Assembly (NCBI GenBank): GCA_001724265.1
Contig: MEDY01000128.1
Span: forward strand, 1 to 64,000
DNA from: Rhizaria sp. SCN 62-66
Taxonomy: Eukaryota
Direction of reading: 5' to 3'
Length of the DNA: 64,000 nt
Position 1 is the first letter of the stretch. Every line of letters begins with the position of its first letter. This document shows positions 1-11,844 of the stretch, piece after piece. The notes beneath the pieces were generated by a model. The model was given only the letters and a program-made list of their open reading frames with translations, ran no database searches and was not told where the DNA came from. A program made the position numbers and the translations under genes.

Positions 1-1
1 G

Positions 2-160
2 TCCGAGATTGAGTACTACGCCATGCTCTCCAAGGTCTCTGTTCACCAGTACTCTGGCTCGAACAACGCCCTCGGCACTGCGTGCGGTAAGTTCTTCCCC
101 GTTTCCGCCCTCTCCGTCACCGACCCCGGTGACTCCGACATCGGCTCCATGAAGGCGTAA
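2..160 (+). CDS. RPL30: 60S ribosomal protein L30 (eL30), 3' part; gene begins before the window
   Basis: The frame from nt 2 reads [69 protein letters not shown] and DPGDSDI are eL30 hallmarks. Confidence 0.97.
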   Translation, partial: SEIEYYAMLSKVSVHQYSGSNNALGTACGKFFPVSALSVTDPGDSDIGSMKA

Positions 161-1325
161 GTTGTTGTTCCTCTTCCCAAGACAACTCAACAACAACGCA
201 CCACAAGATCCCCGGTGTGTTGGGGTGATGTACCTTGTCTGCTTTGACCCTCACCTGCTGGCTCGCCCGCATTGAGGACTGAAGCAAGCTTAGTATGCAC
301 TCCTCAGCACACTACTCTGCTTCAGATGAGCAGCTACCACTGCGAGGATGACACAGAGACGATGCAGCAGCGCGCGTGCACGCGTGCGCGCGCTGATGTG
401 TGGTAGGTGATTGCGTTTTATGTTACAATAATACATTAACACTTGCTGGACACTCTCATTGACTTCGTTTGCAGGATCTGACCGTTACATGCAGCCCGGT
501 ATGTTTCACGCGATGCGCAGTGCAATCACTATGAATTCAATGTCAAGCTTTGCTCAATGCTGTCTTGGTGCAGCAGCTGGTTGACTGCTGTGCTGCCGCA
601 CATATTAGATACGAAGTATCACGCTCTGAAATCCGATTGCAACTCGATCTATCACGCCGCTGTTGCACCGATATGAGTATCGGTTGGTTTGTTGTCAGTA
701 TCCTTGCGCAGCACTTCTGCGATGGGGCCACAGCGCCCGGCATTGCTAGTGCAAGATGTGACGTTATGCTGCAGTATTGTCGTGCTGTTTGCATGACACT
801 GTGATGTTTGTGAAGGTACAACTGCTTAAGCTCTGCGAGTGACATGCGTGATAATTTGATGCATCGAGGATCGCGGGTAGTCGTGTTAGATGCAATGTTA
901 TGTTGTTTATGTTTTTAAAAATGGCATGAAATAAGAACAACAAAAATGAGTAAGAAAAAGCTAGGGACAACAATATCGCGTAAAGGTTGGTCACCTGGTT
1001 ATGGCACTTGCAGTCGAACGAATTTGCACTGGAGAGCTGAAATGAGCAGAGTAGTATTAATATACACTGTACATGTACTAAACAAAAGTATACACTGTGA
1101 CCGTTGTTGGTCCATAACTACAACAGATCAAGATAAAATGACTAGTTAAGCAAGAGCTAAATGCACACACACAAGCATGTCGTAAAACAAAACTTGTGAA
1201 AACAAAACAAAATCACCAGGCAAACAATGAACGACGAAACAAACTTCGTAAGAGATGGGCGAAATTATGTCTGCACTTGAAGTTGTCGCTTTTCATCGAG
1301 CAAGCTGGACGTTTGTTCAAGTTGC

Positions 1326-4231
1326 TCAGAACGCCGACTCGACGGGCTTGTACCCGGCGAACCTGAGTGTGTACTGCTTCACCGACCCGTCCTTGTCCTG
1401 CACGCGCACCGCGACCTGCGAGGCCTGCGTCTCCCACAGCGTCACGCCCGAGGCCTCGCGGCCCTGGAACTGCGCCGGGACCTTGCCCAGATCGGTATTG
1501 TTAGAGAACTCCTCGATCACGCGCCGCACGCCGTGCAGGTCGCTGCGCAGCGAGCCCGGGAAGAGCGCCATCTTGCTGCTCTTGATGTCGCGCGCCCCCG
1601 CGAGCGCGAGCAGCATCATCGAGGCCTCCTGCGGGTGTCCGGCGGCGTCGCGGAAGTGCGCGGGGCGGCGCAGCACGGCCGTGCAGGGGTGCCACACCGT
1701 GGGCGTGAGCGAGAGCGAGAACTCGGCCGCGGTGCTCTTGGAGGCGTAGATGTAGAAGTCGAACGGGTTGCGCGCCGTCTCGCGGTCGAACGCGGCAGCG
1801 GGGTGTGCGCAGTCGCTCGCGTGCGCGTACTCGCATTCGCAGTCGCGGCCGCCGAACTCGTCGACGTCGGTGTCGTCGGCCTCCTCGCCGCAGTCGCCGT
1901 CCTTGTCGCCAGCCAGATCCGGAACGGCAGCGGCCTTGCTGTTGATGTTCTTGTCGTCCTTGTTGTCGCTGCTACGGTTGCTGTTGCTGTCATCCTTCGC
2001 GTCCTGGGGGGCAGCCTTGGCGGTCTCCTCGGCCGCAGCCTTCGCAGCGGCGTAGTCCTCGTCGTCCTCCTTGTCGCTCTCTGCGGCAGCAGCGTCAGCA
2101 GCATCAGCCTCAGGAACAGCGCTGTCAGCAGCAGCAACAGTCGTGTTCGTGTCAGCCTGCTTCCTCTCGTTCTCACTCGTCGCCTCAGCCTCGGCCTCGT
2201 TCGCCTTGCACGCCTCCTCGGCCTTAGACTTGACGGCCTCGCCCGTGCTCTTGTACATGGCGGCCGTGACGTCCCACTTCATCACGGGCGGCGCGTTGTA
2301 CTTGCTCTGCGTCGTCACGCTACCGAAGTACCATGTCGACGGCACCTGCACCCACATCGCAGTCGCCGTGGGCAGGATGCTGGCAACGAGCTCGTGATAA
2401 CCGACCGTGTGCGCGCTATCAGGGTCGGCCGCGTCCTTACCCGCAGCGCCCGAAGCAGCGCCACTCTTGTCGCCATTATCATTACCCTTGCCCTTGCCCT
2501 TGTTGTTGTTGTTATTGTAAGAGTCCCTGTCGGAGCTCTTACTATTGCTGCAAACACTGAACAAAGAGCCCTTAGACTTGGCCTTGGCCTTGCCGCCCTT
2601 AGACGCGTCAGACTCCCTCAACTTATCACTCGCATTGTTGCTGTCTGCAGGCGCAGCTGCCGCGCCGGGGCTCTGGCCCTGCTTGCCCTTCTCCTCGGCC
2701 TCCGCCTTCGCAGCAGCGTCAGCGGCAGCGTCGCTCGCGCGCAGCTCGGGCGTCTTGCGATCGCTCTCCCACTCCGCGATCGGCGCCAGCGGGGCCACCC
2801 AGGACGCCCAGCCGGCCTTGCTGACGTCAGCCACGGCGGCCACGCGCCGCGCCATCGCGCGCGTGAGCGCGAGCTTCTCGAACGCGCGCTCCGCCGACAC
2901 TACCTCGCCCGCGCTCGCGGCCGCCTGCGGGCGCTGGTACTGCAGCGGCGCGGTCATTAGCGCCAGCGAGCGCTTGATGACCTCGATGCTGTCGCCGTTG
3001 GCGAGGTGCGAGTACACCTGGCCAATCAGGTTGCTCGCGGGGAAGCACCAGCCAGGGGCGGCGGAGGCCACTGCCAGCCACAGCGCGCGGTTCGCAAACA
3101 CGGGGCACGTCGTGTTGTCGACGTTGTAAGCAGACTGCGGCCAGTGCGCAGTGGCGGCGACCATCGTCTTGTGCAGGAACGACGCCTGGAGTGAGTGTGA
3201 GTGGCGAAAGATAGTAGAAACGTGATTCAGTGAGTGTGGCTCATAATCTTAATCATAGTGCGGAAATGAAACACTAGGGCGTAGTAAACTTGTAATGTCA
3301 CTTTAAGGAACAAATCTGCCGATTGATAGTGCATACCTGAGGCAAGATCTTGATGCTGTCGCGGCCGAACTGCTTCGTCTCGGCGAGCGTCACCGCGCTC
3401 GTGAGCGTGTCTGCGTTGTAAGTCTGGTAAAGCGCGCGTTCGAGACCCTTGCGCGCCTCAGCAAGGTTGGCAACGAAACCCTCGCAAGAGACCAGTGTCT
3501 CCCTGTGAATGTCAAAAGAGCAAGACGATAGAGAAAAAATATCGACAGAGAACGATTAGCAATTCAGAGTACAGATTGAACGCAATACCAGCATACTAAA
3601 GCGCGCTAACTCGAAACTGGCATTAAACGCAAAAATTAACACACTTTCATTCATAGTTCCAATGCACACAGAACAGACAAGCAAGATATCTCTTTAATCT
3701 TGTTAAAGTGAACACATACCTCTCGTTGTAGCGTGCAGCAACAGGAGGATACATAGCCCAGTGCGGGTAGCCGTGCTTGCTCTTCGTCTGAGACCCCGTA
3801 GGGTTGGCGGGCCAGACAAAGGCCGAGGCGATGTCGGTGTCGGGCGACTCGACGGCGGCCTGGAGCGCGGCGACGAGTGGGCGGTAGGGGTTGCTCTCGG
3901 GGACCACGCTCGCGTCCCACAGCAGCGACGTCAGACTGAGGTCCTTGTTGATTATAACAACCGTGCCGTACGTGGAGTAAAAGCTGGCACAAGTAGAGCA
4001 GGTTGTCAGGTCGGGGCGGTCTGAGCAGAGCGCGTTGTAGAGCGTCACGAAAGACATCGAGTTGGGCAGCGAAGCGTGGAAGAAAGTCTTGACTAAGCCG
4101 CGCTTGTCGTGACAGAGGTCCTCTACACGCTTCTTGAGCAAATTCGCAACAACAATAAAAGAGGCATACCTCTCCTTGATGTCATCAATATGAGGGACGG
4201 GCGCGCAGACGCAGGCAGGCAGGGCTGACAT
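1326..4231 (-). CDS. Uncharacterised ~845-aa protein resembling a phage/bacterial/fungal family (CxxC ... YQRPQA ... RNP ... LFP..LRS.LHGVR.VIE); 3 exons
   Basis: Exons are 4231-3720, 3502-3337 and 3185-1326. The introns 3719-3503 and 3336-3186 both run GTATG...CAG and preserve frame. The stop is TGA. Motifs are TCSTCASF, LWLAVASAAPGWCFPASNLIG, APLQYQRPQAA, APPVMKWD, RNPFDFYIY and LFPGSLRSDLHGVRRVIEEFS. Two low-complexity inserts are present. Confidence 0.8.
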
Positions 4232-5097
4232 GTGTTCGCGAGCTAAGCGGAACGGGAGGTGAAGCAACGGTTGTGAATCAAGGCCTTTTGTAGCAAACTG
4301 AACGATTTTCGCGGGATAAAAAGAAAGAAATTTATAAATTAAGTCATTTATTCATCATAACATTGGACGATATTTGCATAACAACGACTATGTAACGAAC
4401 AATTCGACGCTGAACTTCGCTGTTCGCTCATTGGCTCACGCAACTAGTTTTCCAACCACAAACGGAATCGTACTTCTCGCTTGTGGTCGGATTGCAACAA
4501 TGCGTCAAAAGTGACATTAACAAGAACTACGCTCTGAATTTACAAAGTTTATTATAATTTTTAAGTTGTTTGTATTATTTTCTCGAGTCTCATCCTAAGA
4601 TAGTGTTTTTTTGCAAAGCGACCAACTCATGCTTGCGCCCTCCACACACCAAGTTGTATGCGTGCCATGTTGGCTTCTGTAAGCCTTACGTATCAAACCA
4701 AGACGGAAAGAACGCACCTTAGCAGTGCCAATAGCTGTGGCAGGTTGCAACTGGGACTGGAGCTTTAGAAACTATGATTCCCACCACATCTTCAACATTT
4801 GGAATTCTCCATATGCGACTAAGATCCCCCCGCTGCTACCGTAGCAACAACAACAATATGGAAATGCAAATGTAGCCTGAGAATAATTGTGATTTCGCCA
4901 AACGGTTGTCGTATTCGTGTTAATATTGTGTATTACATGTATATGTACTGCTATAGTAGTAAGTTACGTCGATTGTCAAGTTGTTTCTCCTAAATGCTTC
5001 ATGTTTGATTTGTTGTTTTGTCAGGTATATGTAGGATAGTTAGTAGTAAGGGGGTCTAATTCCGCTCGTCGCTTACGTCTGTTTTCTGCTCACAATT

Positions 5098-8000
5098 TTA
5101 ATTGGCGGGAAACTCGCAGAACTTCACCGAGGAGTAAGTGCTGCAGTTGGACGTCTCGCATGTCTTCAAGCTGTTATGCCTCTCAAAGCACCGCAACACA
5201 GTGGTGTCAAAAGGAACGGTACCGTTGTCGCGCGCCGCGGCCACGTAGCCTGGCACACACGACATTACGCGACCGACTGGCACAGCACCACGCAGCAGAC
5301 TCGCCTTGCATGACTTGAAGACGATGAACACAGGCGTATCACACGAGCCCTTGTTGTTCGACGGCTCAGAGGGAACAACGGAGCGTGGGTACATCAGCAC
5401 CGTACCGACAGGGTGCGTCGCCCATGCGGCAGGCGCGGAGTACTCGCCATAGACAATATCGGTGGCAGGTAGCGTCAAAGACGACGTGGCGCACGCAGTC
5501 TCGGGCTCGGGATGGAACAGCGTTACAAAGGGCAGCGACGCGGCAGTCTCCCCGTGAGGCACAAAGCAGTTGTGCAACAACGATCCGAGAGTGTTGCCAA
5601 CAGCAGCGGCACGGAAGTGTGCGGCATTGGCTGGAAACTTTACATCATTGAGCCGCACCACCAAGTGATAGTGGTCAATGCACCCTACCGCTGCGTTGTG
5701 AAACATTGCGTGCATGACAACGTTTGCCTTGGTATTTTTGTCTAACGTCTTTGCAATTGCAGCAAAATGCGCGGTTATAAACTCACGCGCTTTGGCTTGC
5801 AGCTCGCTTAAAGCCGGTAAAGTTGGTGCGCCGTTCACACGCTTAGGGGCCGGAAGCTGCACGTACGTGCTACACTGTTCACTCCACGCAACCCGCCGCG
5901 GGTAGCCGCTCTCTTCCAGACTGCACGCAATGTGTGCGTCAAACGCAGCGTCCCACTGCGCATCCGCCGTCGCATGTGCGGACGGATCCGGATTGCGCGT
6001 CACTAAACCCAGCCTTGTGCCAGTCGTTGCTGCGCAATTGAGAGCTTCAAGGTCACTCTTTGTCTGCTCAAGCGCTCTCTGGTCTTCCTCTCGCTTGAGT
6101 GCCGTCTGCCTCTCCTCCTCTCGCTTGAGTGCCGTCTGCCTCTTCTCCTCTCGCTTGAGTGCCGTCTGCCTCTCCTCCTCTTGTTTGAGTGCCGTCTGCC
6201 TCTCCTCCTCTCGCTTGAGTGCCGTCTGCCTCTCCTCCTCTTGTTTGAGTGCCGTCTGCCTCTCCTCCTCTCGCTTAAGTGCCGCCTGCCACTCTTCCTC
6301 TAGCTTGAGTGCCGTCTGCCTCTCTTCCTCTTGCTTGAGTGCTGCCTTCTTCTCTTCTTCTTGTTGCTTTAAGCACACCTCGAGCTCATGCTGGCGCTGC
6401 GCGCTTGCAGAAACCTGTGCTGCCGTAATCATCTGCTGATCAAGCGCCAGACGCTCAAGTTTTGCAGTCTCCCATGCGCTCTCATGTCGCTTGTCTGCGG
6501 ACACAGATGCGACATGTTGTGACAGCCTCAGATTCCGCTCTTGCTCGCAATTGCGCAACGCTAAAGCTGTCTTTGCTGAAGCCTCGTGCAGCTTGATAGT
6601 CCATTCGGCATTAAGATCACGCAGTTTGTCAGCATTTTGCTTCTCCCAATCGCGCTCGCGATGACGCATTGTAGCGGCAGATGCAGCTTCAGCCTGTAGT
6701 AGCTTTGCAGACCACTGCTACTCAAGAATGCGGTTACGCTCAAGCAGACGCTCGCTCTCAACCTGTGCAGCAATAGCATCAACTTTAGCGCGCGAGAGCG
6801 TTGTTGTCCACTGCATTTCAAGAGTGTTCTCACGGTCACCCTGTGCAACAGCAGCTGCAATGGCTGCGGCATCAAACTCTTCTTGTAGCTTTGCCCGCTT
6901 GGTCTCAAACTCGAGCTAAGCTGCAACGACTGCATCCTCAGCAATGCGAAGCTTCTCTGCCATAGCGGCCAGCTTAGCTGCCCCAGAATCTGTGCACGCC
7001 TGCGGAACATTTGCCCCCTCTGCATCCATTGCATCAGCGTACATTTGCAACGCGCGCGACTGCTGCATTACGTCCGGAAAAGACACAGCGCACCGCACGC
7101 GCACTGCAACGCCGGCGTTGCCAAGAGTTCCATTGTCGCGAGCGTTGCTTGCTTCATAGTCAACAATAATTTTGTTCAGCGCTGCTGGTAAACTCAACAC
7201 AACGGAGGCTTTACGCGGGTTTTCAACCTTAGTATTAACGGGTGTCTTTCCATTTGTGTTATGCTTGGGATCTTGAGTAAGCCACACCTTGCATTCAGCG
7301 CTGGCCTGATTGTTGTCTGCCGAATACAAAGTAAAATTCGCATTCACGTGGCCAAACGTGCTGGCTACTGTCGCGAACTGTTCCGATACATCACATAGAA
7401 CAAGTATGGGAGACGTCGCTGGTGAAACTAAGCCATTATTGTTGAGCAAAGAGCGAGAAACGCATGAGGAGAGCATGTTATCTGTGATGGGAGCGCTACG
7501 ACCATAATAACTTGTGTCATTGTCATCATCCTCGGTCGGCACCAAATCATCAACAACGCGCGCACGGGCACCACAAGTGTTGTAGAGTTCCCCAAGTGCT
7601 TTTTGCATTGGCTCTACTGTTGCTTCGCAGATAATCCCGCAGGAACACGCGTTACAGTGGCCAAATCCATTGATTTGGCTGCTACGCTGAAAAGACGCAC
7701 TACTTTTATGCGATTTAGTTGCACAGCTGCAGTCGCGACGCGCGCTAAAACTAAAACGCACACCACATAGCTTGGCAACGCCTAGCTCCACTGCCTTCAT
7801 ACCGCGCACAAGCGCAGCGAGCGGTACGATAGCCTCACAGACAACCTCACGAGGAGTCAAGGTTAAAGCGGCGTCAGCAAGCGCGGCCTCGAAGGCGTCG
7901 CGTGCAATTTGAAACTGTGTGAGGTCAGGATTGACATGCGCCGACCAGTCACGACTTGCAGTGACTAGGTTGGCCAGCGCCGAGATGTCGGGCACAACAA

Positions 8001-9451
8001 CGGAGTCAGCAATGTTTTTGAGGTCGCAGCGCGCACGTGAGAGCTTCTTATCCTCAGCATCATATGACTGTTGTGTGTAAAGCTTAAGCTGTGACATCAC
8101 TGCTTTGAAGGGCGCGATGGCCTGAGCAGTGTAACTCCTGGTGTGATCAAGCAGAATTGCGTGCTTGCTCTCAATCTCATCCTTGAACTTCATCATAACA
8201 TTTTTTTGCTCCTGTGTTGCAGATGTAATAAACAGTTTAGTGGAATTAGATTTTAGCATTAAGCTTTAAGATTAAAAAAATCACTTTGTTTGTCGTATTT
8301 TTAATTCATTCATGTGCGTTACAACAGTAACATGTCTTCAAATCCATCTTGAATACGCACCTTGACTTTGCGCCCAAACTCGACGAGCTGTTGCGGTAGC
8401 TTTTCCGCGCGGATCCTCAGGTCTGACTGCACCATGCTAATGAGACGGATAGTGTGACCCGCATGCGCACGATTTGCAGCGTTGCATGGCACGCAAACGG
8501 CAGTATTGCAGCTGTCGCACCAGTTGATGATCTCGATCGGTGGTGTGTGCGAACGGCAGTACTGTGCACAATGTTTTTGTAAGCATCAACGCAAAAACAC
8601 AGGAATAATATTGTGTGTTGTTTGTTGCGTAAAATCCCGTGAAGAAAATGTGAAAGCGACGATATTTTAAACAACAATAGTTCAAACAACAAAAAGACAC
8701 ATGTGAGATATTCATACAGGACGGACTAAAGCAACACATATCGTACTTTGCGTGGTACTAGAGTTATCATTTGTCAATACATTGTGATAGTGAAGCTCTC
8801 AAATAACAACGCCTCATTTTGTTATCGTTGTTTGTCACTTGTTACTCATACAAACGTACGAGTACTACAATGTAGTACGCTCACTTATATAAGATGGTGC
8901 TGACTGTTGACAATTCTGCAAAGAATAGTTGTTATGGCAGCAAACACGTACGTTGGGGTTGTTTAAATCCACGGAAGCTGCAAAGGCGCCTGCAGCTGCT
9001 GTTGTTGTTGCGGGCTCGCTCGGGTAGTAGCTGCTCCCGTGACGGCTGGCTGTGGAGACAGTGTCTTCAAGGAACTCACTCGCCTCATCCTAGCCATTGT
9101 GAAAAAGATACATTACAAAACAGCATAGTGATAGGCAATTAAGAATGTCTTATAATCATATCCATACAGTCTACAGTGTTCCTGCACTTTTATATTCTCA
9201 TAATCCGAGTCTTTTTTTCAAAGTCCAAGGAAAGCACTCATCTGTTTGGCTTACCTGCGAGCAGCTCGCACAATTTCTGCGAGGCCTGATATTTGCAGGC
9301 GTGATCATCGTTTTTCCGCAAACCTCACACCGTGAAAAGGTCTATGACATTATCTGTTCGACGACTTAGGTCTTTGCGATAAGATCACGTGTCGGAGAGA
9401 GAGAAGGTAGCAAAGAACAGAAACTGTGAGAGGTGAATCGTATCTTACCAT
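5098..9451 (-). CDS. B-box zinc finger + long coiled-coil protein (TRIM-like architecture, ~1,180 aa) with two in-frame TAG codons
   Basis: Proposed exons are 9451-9449 (ATG only), 9341-9255 (CEVC...CASC), 9089-8952, 8561-8361 and 8211-5098. Exon 8561-8361 encodes CRSH-x9-CDSC-x4-CVPC-x6-HAGH, a B-box type 2. All introns are phase 0 with GTAAG/GTACG/GTGCG...AG. The last exon is continuous except for TAG at 6918-6916 and 6720-6718, and ends in TAA. The 5' exons are less certain than the 3' ones. Confidence 0.72.
6081..6350 (-). repeat. Coding minisatellite, 9 x 30 nt, encoding (EEERQTALK[R/Q])n
   Basis: The unit TCTCCTCCTCTCGCTTGAGTGCCGTCTGCC (+ strand) repeats at 30-nt spacing from 6081 to 6350 with few substitutions. 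Confidence 0.95.
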
Positions 9452-9868
9452 GGTTAAGCTGTAAAGCTTGATAATAGCAACAACAAGAAAATGCAATCAT
9501 ATAAAAGTATTGTAATGACTACAACTCTGCTACTTCATGGTGACTGGCGATGGATTACTAGTACAGTATATGGTGAAATTGAAGACGAAGAACGGTCGGC
9601 AAGTGATGGCATTGTATGGATTCGCCATCTTCGTGCCCACGCACCATGGGCAGTCGGTAGTCTTGGCAACAAGATGGACTAGTACTTTGTAGATAGTCAG
9701 TGAAAAACGCTCTCGTTATGCGCATCAATGTAATCCTAGGAAAAAAACAGTGGTTGGACCGTCCGACATATTAATATCTCACGTAATGAAGTCCAACAGT
9801 ACGTTCAAACATCGACTGAAAGTCAACGGGCGCAATGCTGCCGCGCTTGAACACATGCGACTTGCCCC

Positions 9869-10100
9869 TTGAAAGCTCTTCTAGCTTCTCTTACAAGTCA
9901 GTTTTTGCCAGCACGATAGTACCAGCGTCTAGCTCGGCTTCTTATGTCACACGACTGAGCTGCTGAGGCTAGAGGGCTGGGTATGGAGGTCTTGCAGTTG
10001 ATGCACAAGGTGTTGCAGAGATGTGCGCGTCTGGAACTGCTGCCTACGGCGTCTAACAAAATTTAATCGCACTCCTTAGCTGTTGGAAAACAGTGGTGAT
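9869..10100 (+). pseudogene. Possible decayed fragment of a helical-repeat-like protein gene
   Basis: One frame reads LKALLASLTSQFLPAR*YQRLARLLMSHD*AAEARGLGMEVLQLMHKVLQRCARLELLPTASNKI*. It is protein-like but interrupted by TAG, TGA and TAA. Confidence 0.3.
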
Positions 10101-10932
10101 CTTCTAGCTCATGAGAAACTACTGTGTTGCTGAGTGCAATGCTCGGACTGTGCAGTAACATTACGAAAACTGTCAAAATTGCGAGGATGTTGAGTCATTT
10201 TGCTGGATAAGGGGAAAAAATTAAGCTGCGAGATACAAATAAAACATTTTGTTGTCATATCTAAAAATCAAACAGATATCTATTCATCTTGTACGTAAAT
10301 ATGCGGTAAATGTGTGCTCAAAAAGTGCTGGCGGCAGAAATTTTAAATATAAGAAGTTATTAAAAAGAGATTTGATAAAACTTCTTATTAGGGTGATTTG
10401 TTAGCATGAAAATTCATCTTTAAAATGTTGTTGAAAAAATAGTAAAAAGATGATTTCGATTAAATAGAGCAAATATTTAGAGAAAAAAGGAACTAAAAGA
10501 AACAAGTTTAAGCTCACAAAACGTGCCACACCCACCAGCATCCAAAGCAGTGTAGTTGGACATAACCATGGTCACAAGCTTGTCAAAAAGCTTTTGTGGT
10601 GAAAATGAAAGGGGTGTTGGGCGCAATTAAAGCAGGTTGTACTACTTTGATTTCTAACATTCAATTCAGAATATAATCACACTTTACAAGGCTTGATCTA
10701 GTCAAAATTGTATGAATTATTTACAAATTAGACAACATGTGAGCTTATATGGTGTACAACAAGTCGTTTGTCTGAAGAGCTACGCACTCACCACCAACCT
10801 TCCCGCACATTCACTTAAAAACGCACAGTTTTCTTGTATTTCGCGCCTTTTTGTAGCGTAAAACAACAACCAGCCTTAAACAGTATCTAATTGTATTATT
10901 ATTTGTCGATAGATACTGAAAGTTTCGGAAAA

Positions 10933-11844
10933 ATGGACTGGTTTTCAGACAACAACAACGACGACGACAACGTCAGCGAGCTCAAGCTAAAATGGGAGTT
11001 GGAGTCTAGGCACAGGCTTCGCAGGTTTTTGTCAGCAATTGGCCGTGTTACTGCTCTTTTATCAAGCCTCGCCGACCTACGCAGTTGTAGGAGACCAGCT
11101 TCTCAAAAATTGACATGATATAACTGCGGCGTTGAGCTGCGTTCGCCTCAGCATCAGCTGTCAGCGTAAGAGAGCGTAGCAGGACGCGGACGATATCAGT
11201 CCAGTGCGCGAGGTAAAGTTCGTACATGCCGCTGCCGCCGTAATCTGCTGTTGCGTCGTCAAGACGATGTCCGTGAAGTGCTTACAAACGAAAGCGCCGC
11301 GATTGAGACGCTCAGTGTCGGCCTCACACACTGGCGAAAGATCAGCCACAATGATGGCGGTAATCTCACCAGCAGTCACAGCAGCAGAAGCAGTAAAAAT
11401 GATGCTACTGAAGTCAATTTTGACTGGAGCACTGCAATCACTGTTCTTAACGTGTTATGGGAACTCCTGTCAAATCCGAATGAACTTCCTATTTCTTCCA
11501 GGCGATGTATTTTGCCTCACCTGCTTGTGTTTATGCGTGAGATCTATCCGAGCACTTCAAAGGCTCTTGAAAGGCTGAATACGCGTAAGCGTGACATGGG
11601 AGCTGAGGGGCATCACGACGCGGACGCTGTGACGGTGTCTGAGGATGAACACGTGTTGGAGACATTCCGTTTTTGCTGCAGCGTGTTGTCTGCGGCATAC
11701 TCACACGGAGAGTCTCTAGATAACGCCACAGCGGACATTGCTAAGTTTTAACCGATCTTGACAGACATTCTGCCACTGTGTTATGGCGTGTGGTTCAGTT
11801 TCATGCCTCGCTTGATCAATTCCCTCTTCAGAAAATCTAATTGA
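10933..11844 (+). pseudogene. Probable pseudogene (ARM/helical-like protein)
   Basis: ORFs 10891-11118 and 11251-11751 share a frame (ATG at 10933). Protein-like sequence continues past TGA 11116-11118, TAA 11167-11169 and TAA 11749-11751 (...DIAKF*PILTDILPLCYGVWF...). Confidence 0.4.

Noticed and set aside
158-160. Ciliate-type code (UAA and UAG both Gln)
   Set aside because: TAA sits exactly at the conserved C-termini of RPL30, RPL14, eIF3d and PEX7 and is followed by UTR-like DNA, so UAA is a genuine stop.
543-1149. Short ORFs between RPL30 and the next gene
   Set aside because: No recognisable motifs, coding bias or convincing splice structure. They are probably UTR or intergenic, possibly old debris.
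6081-6350. 30-nt periodic array as a possible CRISPR
   Set aside because: The units are head-to-tail with no unique spacers, in frame within a coding exon, and there are no cas genes. It is a coding minisatellite.
9090-9344. In-frame TAGs at 9092-9090 and 9344-9342 (likewise 45931-45929 and 55056-55058)
   Set aside because: Each works as a 3' splice acceptor with a matching consensus donor, so they were not counted as recoded codons.
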